Below, piece by piece: positions 1-10,585 of a stretch of DNA of 64,000 bases. The notes under the pieces are model-generated. The model searched no databases and was not told where the DNA came from. It saw only the letters and a list, made by a program, of their open reading frames with translations. The translations under genes were made by a program, and so were the position numbers. How positions within the stretch are numbered: position 1 is the stretch's first letter; each line of letters opens with the position of its first letter. Source of the stretch: Candidatus Zambryskiibacteriota bacterium (GTDB lineage: Bacteria > Patescibacteriota > Minisyncoccia > Phycocordibacterales > WO2-35-19); contig CAWJAC010000005.1 in NCBI GenBank assembly GCA_963840745.1, positions 91,615 through 155,614 of the forward strand. The letters run 5' to 3'.

Positions 1-233
1 CTCATGTGGCTTGTTCATCACCTCAATCTGCAATTTATGCCCTAGATGGAAAATTAGATAAATTTATGGATGTTTATAAAAACGGAGAATTATTTTTGGG
101 AGACATACACATTGAACCGCACCATGGTATAAATGTGAATTTTTCATCTCTCTCCGAGCTGGCTGACCTCCTTTTGGAAAATAAGGGAATGTCAATTCTT
201 GGCAATAAATATTATAATCTATATAAAGAATAG
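1..233 (+). CDS. hypothetical protein (3' end; gene begins upstream of window)
   Basis: Frame is open from the window edge to TAG at 231-233. No recognisable motif. Confidence 0.35.
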   Translation, partial: HVACSSPQSAIYALDGKLDKFMDVYKNGELFLGDIHIEPHHGINVNFSSLSELADLLLENKGMSILGNKYYNLYKE

Positions 234-235
234 CA

Positions 236-1849
236 ATGGATTTTAGTTTTACATTTGATTATTATTCAATATCTCTTTTAATCGGAGGTTTTACTGCGCT
301 TTTGTCCGGTTTTGTTGTTTATACACATAATAGAAATAGACTTGAAAACATAGCCTGGCTTTACTCCAACTTAACTTCCGCCATATGGAGTTTCGGATAC
401 TTCTCAATGATTACAGCCACTACCAAAGAAGTAGCTGTCTGGAGCAATATAATATTGCATATAGCGTCTATTTATATACCAATTTTTTATTTTCTATCGA
501 TTTCTTCCATTACAAACACCTATGAAAAATACAAAAAACAAATACTGGCTTTTTCTTTAATCGGTTTTATATTTGTTCTTCTGGTTCCCACAGCGTGGTT
601 TGTAAGAGACGTTATACCTAAAGCTCACTTTAATTTTGTGTGCGATGCTGGCCCTCTTTATATTTATTATACAATTTATTTCTTTGTTGTTGTTTTATAC
701 GCTTTATCCATAGTTATAAGGAAATTTAAAACCGAAACCGATCCAATCAACAGGCAAAGATATAGATATATTATTCTTTTTACCATATTCGGATTTGGTG
801 GAGGCGGAAGTGTATTTTTTCTTACTTTTAATGTACCAATTCTTCCATACCCGTTGATATTTTTCTCTTTATACCCGGCAGTTAGCGGCTATGCAATTTT
901 TAGATATCAACTTTTCAACGTAAGAATAATAATGACCGAATTATTAGTTTTTATTTTGTGGATATTCCTACTTATTAGGACCGTTATTGCGCAAAATATT
1001 CATGACATTGTCGCTAACGGCATCATACTATTACTAACTGTCGTGATAGGAATTTTCCTTATTCGTTCAGTAATGAAAGAAGTTCAATTGCGGGAACATA
1101 TTGAAAAATTGGCTAAGGATTTGGAAGTGGCAAATGAGAAGTTGAAAGGGCTGGATCAGTTGAAGTCTGAATTTTTGTCTCTGGCCACTCACCAGATCAG
1201 AGCGCCGCTTACGGCAATCAAAGGATATTCGTCAATGCTTTTGGAAGGAGATTTTGGAGTATTGCCGCAAAAGGCCAAAGATTCGGTGGATACTATAATG
1301 AAATCATGTCAGAATTTGATAAACATAGTCGGAGACTTTTTGAACATTTCAAGAATTGAGCAAGGTAGGATGGTCTACGAAAAAAGTATTTTTGACATTG
1401 GAGAATTGGTGAAAGAAGTAACAAATGAACTCAAACCAAATATTCAAAATGCCGGCTTGTCTTTAGAGCTTGAAATACCCAATAATTTTGGAGTCAAAGT
1501 GAATGCCGACAGAAATAAAATAAAACAGGTTATTGGCAATGTTATTGATAATGCTATCAAATATACTCCCCATGGCAGCATATATATTTCTGTATTTAAA
1601 GATAGAGACCTGGTAAAAGTGGCTGTTAAAGACAGTGGGGTAGGCATAGATCCGTCTGAAATAGGCAAACTTTTTGCTAAATTTTCTCGCACCAAAGATG
1701 CCAGCAAGACAAATGTTACCGGCACCGGCTTAGGTCTTTACATAGCCAAAAAAATGGTTGAGGCCCATCAGGGCGATATAAAAGTTTATTCCGAAGGAGT
1801 AGGTAAGGGAACTACTTTTACAATTGAACTGCCTATACATAAAGTATGA
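236..1849 (+). CDS. membrane-bound sensor histidine kinase
   Basis: 537 aa. Multi-TM N-terminal half and coiled-coil linker. H-box SEFLSLATHQIRAPLT; ATPase boxes DNAIKYT, DSGVGI, GTGLGL. No response regulator adjacent. Confidence 0.9.
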   Translation: MDFSFTFDYYSISLLIGGFTALLSGFVVYTHNRNRLENIAWLYSNLTSAIWSFGYFSMITATTKEVAVWSNIILHIASIYIPIFYFLSISSITNTYEKYKKQILAFSLIGFIFVLLVPTAWFVRDVIPKAHFNFVCDAGPLYIYYTIYFFVVVLYALSIVIRKFKTETDPINRQRYRYIILFTIFGFGGGGSVFFLTFNVPILPYPLIFFSLYPAVSGYAIFRYQLFNVRIIMTELLVFILWIFLLIRTVIAQNIHDIVANGIILLLTVVIGIFLIRSVMKEVQLREHIEKLAKDLEVANEKLKGLDQLKSEFLSLATHQIRAPLTAIKGYSSMLLEGDFGVLPQKAKDSVDTIMKSCQNLINIVGDFLNISRIEQGRMVYEKSIFDIGELVKEVTNELKPNIQNAGLSLELEIPNNFGVKVNADRNKIKQVIGNVIDNAIKYTPHGSIYISVFKDRDLVKVAVKDSGVGIDPSEIGKLFAKFSRTKDASKTNVTGTGLGLYIAKKMVEAHQGDIKVYSEGVGKGTTFTIELPIHKV

Positions 1850-2070
1850 AAATATTTGTAAAGGCAAAACCGGCGGCAAAGGAGGAAAAAGTAGAGAAAA
1901 TTGACGAGACAAATTTTGTTGTCTCGGTTAAAGAGCCGCCAGTGCAAGGTAGAGCCAATGCCGCCATTAGTAAAGCTTTAGCAGAATATTTTAAAGTTTC
2001 AAATTCGCAAGTGAAGCTAATATCCGGATTTTCTTCTAAACAGAAAGTGTTTGAAATTTTAACATGGTAA
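1846..2070 (+). CDS. DUF167/YggU-family small protein
   Basis: 74 aa. ATGA start/stop overlap with the kinase. Pattern KAKPAAK..VSVKEPPVQGRAN..L..FL typical of UPF0235/DUF167. Confidence 0.7.
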   Translation: MKIFVKAKPAAKEEKVEKIDETNFVVSVKEPPVQGRANAAISKALAEYFKVSNSQVKLISGFSSKQKVFEILTW

Positions 2071-2158
2071 AAAACGTAAAGATATTGCCACCATCTTATT
2101 CACAAGAATTGAAGCATAGCAATATTCCTCTGCAGGAAAATTTTGGTAGAATAGCCAC

Positions 2159-3796
2159 ATGACTCAAAAAGAAGCTCTGGATATATTGAAGACCGGCAGA
2201 AGCGTATTTCTGACCGGTGCTGCTGGCAGCGGCAAAACTTACGTATTACGGGAATATATACGTTACCTACAAAACCTTGATGCAAATATTGGCATTACTG
2301 CTTCAACCGGCATAGCTGCCACTCACATGGGAGGCATCACCATCCACAGCTGGAGCGGCATAGGCATTAGAGACAGTTTGAATAAAAGCGATTTGCAAGA
2401 AATTGCAGAAAAAAATTACGTAAAAAAGAAAGTCAAGAGTGCTTCGGTTTTGATTATAGATGAGATATCAATGCTCCACCACTACCGGCTGGACCTTGTA
2501 GATAAAGTAATAAAAGAAATAAAAGGATCAGGCGAACCTTTCGGAGGTATGCAAGTGGTTTTTTGCGGAGACTTCTTCCAATTGCCGCCGGTCAGACGAG
2601 CTGGCGAAGGGGAAGTGTTTTTCGCATACCACAGCAACGCCTGGAAAAGTTTGGATCTCAAAATATGCTACCTCTCAGAACAGCACAGGCAAAGCGATTT
2701 GGAATATTTAAAAATCTTAAATGAAATTAGGGACGCCAAGGTGGGAGAAAAGACGATGGAAATTTTGAAAACAAGATTCAACAAAAAATCTGAATATGAT
2801 GCCACCAAACTTTACTCGCACAACAAAAATGTTGATGCCGAAAACGAATCAGAACTTGGCAAACTTCCCGGTAATATTCACGAATACGAAATGCAATCGC
2901 ATGGACGCAAAAACCTTGTGGAAACCCTTAAAAAAAGCTGTCTGGCGCCTGAAATTTTGAGATTGAAAGAAGGCTCCAAAGTAATGTTTGTCAAAAATAA
3001 TTTTGAAGAAGGCTATGTCAACGGCACTCTAGCCACCGTTATTAAATGCGGCTTTGAGGAGATAAAAGCCAGGACCATTTCGAACAAAATAATTGATGTG
3101 GAAAGAGAAAGCTGGCGCATAGAAGAAGACGGCAAAAGCCGCGCTGAGATAGTGCAATACCCGTTGCGCTTGGCTTGGGCCATTACCGTCCACAAAAGTC
3201 AAGGAATGTCTCTAGACGCCGCCGAGGTTGATTTATCTGCCTCTTTTGAAAAGGGAATGGGTTATGTAGCTCTATCGCGCGTACGCTCACTTCAAGGGCT
3301 TTTCCTTAAGGGCTTAAACGATATGGCTCTTAAAATAAATGAAGAGATTTTGGAGCAAGACAATAAATTCAAAGACCTTTCAAAAACTTTTTCATTCTAT
3401 ATAAGAACAATGGGGGAGGATAAGCTTTCCAAAATGCATGAGGACTTCGCAGTGAAGGTGAGAGGGAAGAGACCTAAAGAAAAAAAGTTAGACACCGTAA
3501 GCGAGACCAAAAAAATGTTAGACGACGGCAAGAGTCTTAAAGATATAGTTAAAGAAAGAGGGCTTAAGCTCGGCACTATCTTAGATCACATAGAACAAAT
3601 AAAAAACAAAAATCCAAATTACAATATTTACAATCTTCGTGACGGCATACCCAAAAACAGATTTAAAGAAATTTACGGCGCTTTCCGCAAAGTAGGCGTC
3701 AGCGAAGGCGAGATGTATAAGCTAGCTCCCGTCAAAGAACTGCTCGGCCCCAAGTATTCTTACGAAGACCTCCGCCTAGTCCGCTTGTTCTTGTAA
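2159..3796 (+). CDS. PIF1/RecD-like superfamily-1 DNA helicase with C-terminal HTH-like extension
   Basis: Walker A GAAGSGKT, Walker B LIIDEISM, FCGDFFQLPPV, AITVHKSQG. Confidence 0.85.
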   Translation: MTQKEALDILKTGRSVFLTGAAGSGKTYVLREYIRYLQNLDANIGITASTGIAATHMGGITIHSWSGIGIRDSLNKSDLQEIAEKNYVKKKVKSASVLIIDEISMLHHYRLDLVDKVIKEIKGSGEPFGGMQVVFCGDFFQLPPVRRAGEGEVFFAYHSNAWKSLDLKICYLSEQHRQSDLEYLKILNEIRDAKVGEKTMEILKTRFNKKSEYDATKLYSHNKNVDAENESELGKLPGNIHEYEMQSHGRKNLVETLKKSCLAPEILRLKEGSKVMFVKNNFEEGYVNGTLATVIKCGFEEIKARTISNKIIDVERESWRIEEDGKSRAEIVQYPLRLAWAITVHKSQGMSLDAAEVDLSASFEKGMGYVALSRVRSLQGLFLKGLNDMALKINEEILEQDNKFKDLSKTFSFYIRTMGEDKLSKMHEDFAVKVRGKRPKEKKLDTVSETKKMLDDGKSLKDIVKERGLKLGTILDHIEQIKNKNPNYNIYNLRDGIPKNRFKEIYGAFRKVGVSEGEMYKLAPVKELLGPKYSYEDLRLVRLFL

Positions 3797-3825
3797 ATAC
3801 AAAACTATACAATATTTATATAAAT

Positions 3826-3854
3826 AATCTATACTAAACGCTCAGCGTCTAATA
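3826..3854. repeat. solitary copy of the REP-like element found next to the RAYT gene
   Basis: 29 nt (aatctatactaaacgctcagcgtctaata) identical to 45365-45393. Contains the small hairpin acgct-c-agcgt. Confidence 0.7.
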
Positions 3855-3887
3855 ATCCCTTTTCTTTTGCCTAATTTTTAATTAAAC

Positions 3888-4752
3888 TTGATTTATATGG
3901 AAAACATTAAAATATGGGAAGGAAATATGGGGGGTTATAAACTGCTTGATTCTGGTGGTAAAGAAAAACTGGAAGAAATTGGTGAACAGAGAATCGTGAG
4001 GGCAGAGCCGAGAGCTTGGTGGAAGAAAACAGTAGACAATAGACAGTATCTAATAGCTAAGGAAAAACAAAAAGACGGATTTGAGACAATTATAGATATT
4101 TTTGATGGTATAAAGGCAAAAATAAAATTTAAAGAAAGTTCAAAACATATCGGCATTTTCCCAGAGCAGTTTCCGCAATGGAAGTGGATTGAGGAAAAAG
4201 TAGCTAGCAGTCAGCAGCTAGCAGCCAGGGAAATAAATATTTTAAATTTTTTCGGCTACACAGGAATTGCAAGTTTGGTTGCGGCAAAAGCGGGAGCCTG
4301 AAAGTAACCCATGTTGATGCTTCAAAGCAATGAGTGTCGATTGGGCAAGAGAAAATCAAAAATTGTCGGGGTTGGAAGACGCAGCTATAAGATGGATTGT
4401 TGATGATGTTATTAAATTTGTAAATAAAGAAATTAAGCAAGGTAAAAAATATGACGCCATCATAATGGACCCACCGAGCTATGGCAAGGGACCAAAAGGC
4501 GAGGTTTGGAAAATAGAAGAGAAGTTGCCGGACTTGCTTACTGCCTGCCGAGAAATTTTGAGCGATAATCCTCTTTTTGTTATTTTCAATATGTACTCCA
4601 CCGAACTCTCATCAATTTCCGTTGCCAATTTGCTCTATGACATAACAAAAGATTTGGGCGGAACTATAGAATCAGGCGAGCTTGCCATTCCTCAGCAAAA
4701 TTCCGATCAACTGCTTCCTATGTCCATTTTTGCTCTCTGGCAAAATAACTAA
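3888..4752 (+). CDS. class I SAM-dependent methyltransferase (RlmI/YccW-like), interrupted by two 1-nt frame changes
   Basis: Fragments 3888-4301, 4301-4333 (KVTHVDASKQ) and 4330-4752. Restoring one C after 4298 and one A after 4330 gives ..FGYTGIASLVAAKAGALKVTHVDASKQMSVDWAREN..IIMDPPSYG. ATG at 3897 is the likelier start. Confidence 0.75.
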
Positions 4753-4771
4753 TTTTTGATACTATTAAATT

Positions 4772-5719
4772 ATGCAAAAAACATTACTTTCTGGACTTAA
4801 ACCAACGGGAAAGCCACATATAGGCAACTATTTTGGAATGATGAAGCAATGTGTAGATTTGCAATCTGAATACAATTCATATGTATTTGTTGCCGATTAC
4901 CACGCCTTGAACTTTATTCAGAATAAGGAAGAGATGAAATCTCTTATTATAGATGTAATGGTTGATTATCTTGCTATAGGCCTTAACCCAAACAAGTCAG
5001 TAATTTTCAAACAATCGGATGTGCCAGAACATACGGAGTTGGCTTGGATTTTTGACACCATAACCACCGTTCCATATTTGAAGCGTGCCCACGCCTACAA
5101 AGATGCCGTGGACAAGGGTGGTGAAGAAGATGTCAGCGCCGGCACTTTCACGTACCCTATGCTTATGGCGGCCGACATTTTACTTTACGATACCGACATT
5201 GTTCCGGTCGGTCAGGATCAAAAGCAACATATAGAATTTGCCCGCGACACGGCTGAAAAGTTTAACCGAATATTCGGGAAAATTTTTAAGCTACCGGAAC
5301 CTTACATAATTAAAGATGTGGAAACAGTACCGGGCATTGATGGAAGGAAAATGAGCAAAAGCTATAACAATACCATCTCACTATTTGCCGAAGATAATGA
5401 GATTGAAGAAAAAGTCATGAGTATTGTTACCGATTCAAAAGCAGAATATCCTGAAAATGTTTTTTACATTCATAAACTTTTCAGGCCAACATTAGAGCTG
5501 GATAAAATTTATGAGGAAAATAAAGGCAAATACAAAATAGTCAAAGAAATATTGATTGATGATTTAAAAAAATTTATTAAACCACTCCGAGAAAGAAGGG
5601 AAGAAATCGCTAAGAATTTGGATTTTGTAAACAAAGTTTTGGAAGAGGGAAAACAAAAGGCCCGCACTGCAGCTTCAGCCAAAATGCAAGCAGTTAAAAA
5701 AGCAATCGGAGTAATTTAA
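4772..5719 (+). CDS. trpS: tryptophan--tRNA ligase
   Basis: 315 aa. Class I signatures GKPHIGNYFG (HIGH) and KMSKS. Confidence 0.92.
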   Translation: MQKTLLSGLKPTGKPHIGNYFGMMKQCVDLQSEYNSYVFVADYHALNFIQNKEEMKSLIIDVMVDYLAIGLNPNKSVIFKQSDVPEHTELAWIFDTITTVPYLKRAHAYKDAVDKGGEEDVSAGTFTYPMLMAADILLYDTDIVPVGQDQKQHIEFARDTAEKFNRIFGKIFKLPEPYIIKDVETVPGIDGRKMSKSYNNTISLFAEDNEIEEKVMSIVTDSKAEYPENVFYIHKLFRPTLELDKIYEENKGKYKIVKEILIDDLKKFIKPLRERREEIAKNLDFVNKVLEEGKQKARTAASAKMQAVKKAIGVI

Positions 5720-5773
5720 GATACGAAATAATTAATATACTTAGCGAATTGCCACATAATTTAGATAAATAAC

Positions 5774-7182
5774 ATGAAAAGGATATATATTGGGGATTTA
5801 AAAAATGAGATAGGAAAGAGGTCGTTATAAAGGGCTGGGTGAATGTAAGAAGCGACCAAGGCAAAATGGTTTTTATGGATATGCGCGATATGTCAGGCAT
5901 TGTCCAATGTGTCGTTTTACCGGCCAGTTCTGCGATTGAAATAGCAAAGGAAATTAGGACGGAATGGGTTTTGGCTATTTCGGGCATAGTAAACAAAAGA
6001 CCGGATAAAAATGTCAAAGCCGGAGTTTTAAACGGCGATATAGAAATAGAAATTAAAAATATAGAAGTTTTGAATAAGTCGGAAACACTGCCTTTTGATA
6101 TTTCTTCTGATACAAAAGAAATAAATGAGGATGCTAGATTGAAATATAGATATTTGGATTTGCGTTCGGAGAGGATGCAAAATAATATAAGAACGCGCCA
6201 TAAGGTTATAAAACTGGTGCGAGATTCCTTTGATAAGGAAGGATTTGTAGAAATTGAAACACCAATCCTCACCAAATCAACCCCCGAAGGTGCTCGTGAT
6301 TTCGTAATTCCATCCAGACTTTATAAAGGAAAGTTTTACGCTCTGCCCCAGTCACCCCAACAATATAAACAACTTCTGATGACTGCCGGTTGTGAAAAAT
6401 ATTTCCAGATTGCCAAGTGTATGCGCGACGAAGATTCAAGGGGGGACAGACAGCCGGAATTCACTCAGCTTGATATGGAAATGAGTTTCGTTGAACGCGA
6501 AGATGTAATGGCGGTAAACGAAAGAATTTTGATTTCTATCGTAGAGACTTTGTATCCCAACAAAAAAATCCAAGAAAAACCATTTCCAAGAATCTCTTAC
6601 AAGGAAGCTATGGAAAAATATGGCACTGACCGACCGGATTTGAGAAAAGATAAAAATTATCCGGATCTTTTGGCTTTCGGCTGGGTTATAGATTTTCCAT
6701 TTTTTGAAAAAGTCAAAAATTCCGATAACAAGCAGACGAAGGGGGATTGGACCTTCACTCACAACCCATTTTCAAGACCAATTCCCGAGCATATGGAATG
6801 GCTTATGAAAAAAGAAAATTTGGACAAGATTACGACTTCTCAATATGATGTGATATTAAACGGCTACGAATTAGGCGGCGGGAGCATAAGAAATCATCAG
6901 GATGAGGCTTTGCAAAAAGTTTTTGAAATTCTTGGTTACGAAAAAGAATCCATAGAAGCAGACTTCGGCCATATGTTGCAAGCATTCAAATCGGGCACTC
7001 CTCCGCATGGCGGTATCGCCTGGGGGCTGGATCGGCTTGTAATGATCCTGCAGAACGAACCCAACATCCGCGAAGTTATGGCTTTCCCCAAAACCGGCGA
7101 GGGCAAAGACCTGATGATGAACGCTCCCTCCGAAATCTCCGAAAAGCAGCTCCGCGAACTTCATATAAAAATAAGAGAGTAA
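5774..7182 (+). CDS. aspS: aspartate--tRNA ligase, bacterial-type core without the GAD insertion; 5' end frameshifted
   Basis: Track ORF 5839-7182 carries QSPQQYKQLLM, FRDEDSRGDRQPEFTQLD and GGIAWGLDRL. ATG 5774 encodes MKRIYIGDLKNEIGK and joins EVVIKGWVNVR if one A is added to the run at 5815-5817. Confidence 0.85.
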
Positions 7183-7200
7183 ATATGGTAAAATAGCCAT

Positions 7201-7956
7201 ATGCCAGAAGATTTTAAGGTTAAAGTGGGAGAAGTTGAGGGGCCACTGGAGTTTATTTTGGATTTGATTGAAAAGAGGAAGCTCCACATAAGCGATGTGT
7301 CGCTTTCCCAGGTAGCCGACGAGTTCATAGAATACATAAAGTCTTTTGAGGAATTCCCCATGGAGACTTCGGCTGATTTTATCTTGGTGGCTTCTACATT
7401 ACTCCTCATAAAATCAAAATCACTTCTGCCAAACCTGCCGCTTACTGAGGAGGAACAGGGGAGTATTGAAGATTTGGAAAAGAGGTTGGCAAGTTATAAA
7501 AAATACAAGGAATTGGCAGCGGGCTTAGGAAAAATGTTTGGCAATTTTTTGTATTTTGCAAATGAAAGTAAAAAAATTAATGTGGTTTTTTCTCCAACTA
7601 GAGATATCACTTTAACATCCCTCAAAAGCGCTTTAATGGGAGTACTTCAAAATATGCCTCAGAAAATAGAGGCTTTGCCTAAGGTTGTGGTGGAAAAGAT
7701 AGTGAGCCTGGAAGAAATGGTAGAAAAACTTTCAGAAAGGATAAAAACTAGTCTAAAAACAAGTTTTAAAGATTTTTCCCGTTCGACAAGCTCAGGGCAA
7801 GTTGGCATGGATAAAGTAGAGAAAGTTAATGTTATAGTGAGTTTCTTGGCTATGTTAGAATTGGTAAAGCAGGGAATGGTGAGAGTAAACCAAAGCAAAC
7901 ATTTTGAAGATATTGAGATTGAAAGCGAGAGCACAGGAGTGCCAAGTTATTATTAA
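7201..7956 (+). CDS. scpA: segregation and condensation protein A
   Basis: 251 aa. N-terminal FEGPLEFILDLIEKRKLHISDVSLSQVADEF, typical of ScpA. Followed by scpB. Confidence 0.85.
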   Translation: MPEDFKVKVGEVEGPLEFILDLIEKRKLHISDVSLSQVADEFIEYIKSFEEFPMETSADFILVASTLLLIKSKSLLPNLPLTEEEQGSIEDLEKRLASYKKYKELAAGLGKMFGNFLYFANESKKINVVFSPTRDITLTSLKSALMGVLQNMPQKIEALPKVVVEKIVSLEEMVEKLSERIKTSLKTSFKDFSRSTSSGQVGMDKVEKVNVIVSFLAMLELVKQGMVRVNQSKHFEDIEIESESTGVPSYY

Positions 7957-7960
7957 AAAT

Positions 7961-8503
7961 ATGAATTTAGAACAAAAAATAGAAGCCATACTTTTTTATA
8001 AAAACGAGCCGATGGAGATCAAAAAGCTCTCCAAGCTTGTTGGTGTGGGAGAAAGAGAAACAAGAGAAGCTTTGCAAAATTTGGCTAAATTTTTAAGTGG
8101 GAGAGGAATTTGCCTAATAATGACAGATGCAGAGGTTAGCTTAGCCACAGCGCCAGAAATGGCCAGTTTTATTGAGCAAATAGCCAAAAACGAGATGAGT
8201 GATGAAATTGGCAAAGCGGGCTTGGAAACTTTGGCTATCGTGCTTTATAATAACCCTATCAGCCGAAGAGAGGTTGATTATATAAGAGGAGTAAACTCTA
8301 CTTTCATATTAAGAAATCTTTGTGTACGAGGCCTTATAGAAAGAGAACCTGATTCTAGAGATCTTCGAGTTTTCAAGTATAAAGGCAGTCTTTCTCTTTT
8401 GGCCCATCTCGGGCTAAAAACAATTGAAGAATTGCCGGAGTTTGATATGTTTAAAAATAAAATTGAGGAATCGAAAAATTTAATGCAAGAAAATGTGGAA
8501 TAA
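7961..8503 (+). CDS. scpB: segregation and condensation protein B
   Basis: Start chosen at ATG 7961 (MNLEQKIEAILFY..). Two winged-helix halves; GRPILY-like region replaced by GLIEREPDSR. Confidence 0.8.
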   Translation: MNLEQKIEAILFYKNEPMEIKKLSKLVGVGERETREALQNLAKFLSGRGICLIMTDAEVSLATAPEMASFIEQIAKNEMSDEIGKAGLETLAIVLYNNPISRREVDYIRGVNSTFILRNLCVRGLIEREPDSRDLRVFKYKGSLSLLAHLGLKTIEELPEFDMFKNKIEESKNLMQENVE

Positions 8504-9470
8504 ATTCAAAAAATTTTTTGATAAAGAAGCAATGACAAAATATTTTGTCCTTGCTCTTGTCTGCCTTTTGATTTTTTCAGTTTTAATTTTTAGTCTCCTT
8601 ATTATTGGAGAAAAATCTTTAAATAAAAAAAATGCGGCTACAGCTATTAAAACTCCAAATGCATTTGAAGAAATAGGTTTGGAAGCCAAAAGCGCAGTAG
8701 TTTGGGATGTTGTAGGCAAGCGAGAATTGTTTTCCAAAAATCCCGACCTACCTCTGCCACTGGCATCGCTAACCAAAGTGATGACTGCCGTTACCACTGA
8801 TGGAAAATTAAATGATGGGAAGAAAATAAAGATAACATCAGAAGATCTGCTGCCGGAAGGAAATTCCGGACTTGTAGTCGGAGATACCTGGTTAGCAAAA
8901 GATCTCAGGGATTTTACTTTACTTACTTCTTCCAATGATGGCGCTTCCGTTTTGGCGGCTGTCGCCGAATCCGAACAAATCATTCCTCCGTACAATAATG
9001 TACTGGCAAGCCCTGAAGAACTTAGGAATCAATTTATAAAAGAAATGAACAGCACTGCAACTAAAATTGGTCTATCAAACAGCAAATTTTTCAATGAAAA
9101 TGGACTGGATATAACGGTAGATAAAGGCGGAGCTTACGGGTCAGCCAAGGATATGGCTGTTCTTTTTGAATATACTCTTAAAAATTATCCAAAAATTTTA
9201 GAAGTCACCCGTTATAAAAATTTAGAGTTTACAAGCGCCGAGAATAAATATTCTGCCGAAAATACAAACACTATTATAGATAAAATTCCAGACATCATTG
9301 CTTCTAAAACCGGCTATACTGACCTTGCCGGCGGCAATTTAGTTGTCGCTTTTGACGCCGGCTTAAACCGTCCTATTATTGTTTCCGTCCTCGGATCAAC
9401 CCAAGAAGGCCGTTTTATTGATGCTCTCAAACTCATAGACGCTACCATTAAACAGCTTCCTAATTTATAA
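8493..9470 (+). CDS. serine-type D-Ala-D-Ala carboxypeptidase (S11, PBP5-like)
   Basis: N-terminal TM. SxxK (SLTK), SxN (SSND), KTG (SKTGYT). Confidence 0.85.
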   Translation: MWNKFKKFFDKEAMTKYFVLALVCLLIFSVLIFSLLIIGEKSLNKKNAATAIKTPNAFEEIGLEAKSAVVWDVVGKRELFSKNPDLPLPLASLTKVMTAVTTDGKLNDGKKIKITSEDLLPEGNSGLVVGDTWLAKDLRDFTLLTSSNDGASVLAAVAESEQIIPPYNNVLASPEELRNQFIKEMNSTATKIGLSNSKFFNENGLDITVDKGGAYGSAKDMAVLFEYTLKNYPKILEVTRYKNLEFTSAENKYSAENTNTIIDKIPDIIASKTGYTDLAGGNLVVAFDAGLNRPIIVSVLGSTQEGRFIDALKLIDATIKQLPNL

Positions 9471-9478
9471 TTTAAAAT

Positions 9479-10558
9479 ATGATAATTGATATTGTAAAAG
9501 TCTTTTTGCCGGCAGTGGGATCATTTATTTTGGGGATTTTGGTAACACCCATTTTAACCAATTTCCTTTATTCGCATAAAATGTGGAAGAAAAAAAGCGG
9601 CAAGATAGCTCTCGACGGCAACGAGGCGGCAATATTTAACGAACTCCACAAAGAAAAAGAGGTGAACACTCCGAGAATGGGAGGCATCATTATTTGGTTT
9701 AGTTCGGTTGTGGTCATCGTAGGTATTTGGCTGATATCGCAATTTTTCCCGGGGGATTTTATAAGTAAATTAGATTTCCTTTCTAGAAACCAAACTTGGA
9801 TTCCTTTGGGCACTTTGATACTCGGCTCTTTGGCCGGACTTGTTGACGACTACTTGGAGATAAAAAGATCTGAAAAGGTTAGCGGCAAAAACGGCGGGCT
9901 TTCTTTAAAAATACGCCTAACTATTGTTTCGGTTATAGCTTTGGCCTGCGCTTTTTGGTTTTATATAAAACTCGGCGTAGAGAGCATCGGCTTGCCATTC
10001 GGGTTTGGAGAATTATATCTGGGCCCTCTTTTTATATTATTGTTTTTGGCTACAGCGCTCTTTATTTACGCCGGGGGAGTGATTGACGGCCTTGATGGCT
10101 TGGCTGGAGGAGTCTTCACCACCATGTTTGCCGCTTATGGGGGCATAGCTTTTTACCAACAACAAATTAATTTGGCTGCTTTTTGCGCTACCGTGGCTGG
10201 AGGTATTTTGGCCTTCCTTTGGTTCAATATTCCACCTGCCAGATTTTATATGTCCGAGACCGGCACCATGGGGCTTACCATCACTCTTACCGTCGTAGCT
10301 TTTATGACCGACAAATTAGGGGGTGGTTATGGGTTTTTGGTACTTCCGGTAATTGCTTTGCCTTTGGTTGTTACTGTTTTTTCAAATTTAATTCAGGTTT
10401 TTTCAAAAAAGTTCAGAGGCAAGAAAGTTTTTATGGTAGCTCCTCTGCATCATCACTTTGAAGCTATCGGTTGGCCATCTTATAAAGTAGTGATGCGCTA
10501 CTGGATTATATCCCTCATGTGCGCCGTCCTCGGCATCACCTTGGCTTTGATTGGGTAA
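9479..10558 (+). CDS. mraY: phospho-N-acetylmuramoyl-pentapeptide transferase
   Basis: 359 aa, about 10 TM. DDxxE/DGLDGLA and PLHHHFE motifs. Confidence 0.92.
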   Translation: MIIDIVKVFLPAVGSFILGILVTPILTNFLYSHKMWKKKSGKIALDGNEAAIFNELHKEKEVNTPRMGGIIIWFSSVVVIVGIWLISQFFPGDFISKLDFLSRNQTWIPLGTLILGSLAGLVDDYLEIKRSEKVSGKNGGLSLKIRLTIVSVIALACAFWFYIKLGVESIGLPFGFGELYLGPLFILLFLATALFIYAGGVIDGLDGLAGGVFTTMFAAYGGIAFYQQQINLAAFCATVAGGILAFLWFNIPPARFYMSETGTMGLTITLTVVAFMTDKLGGGYGFLVLPVIALPLVVTVFSNLIQVFSKKFRGKKVFMVAPLHHHFEAIGWPSYKVVMRYWIISLMCAVLGITLALIG

Positions 10559-10585
10559 ATAAAGAAAAAGGGTTAGAATGTATAT

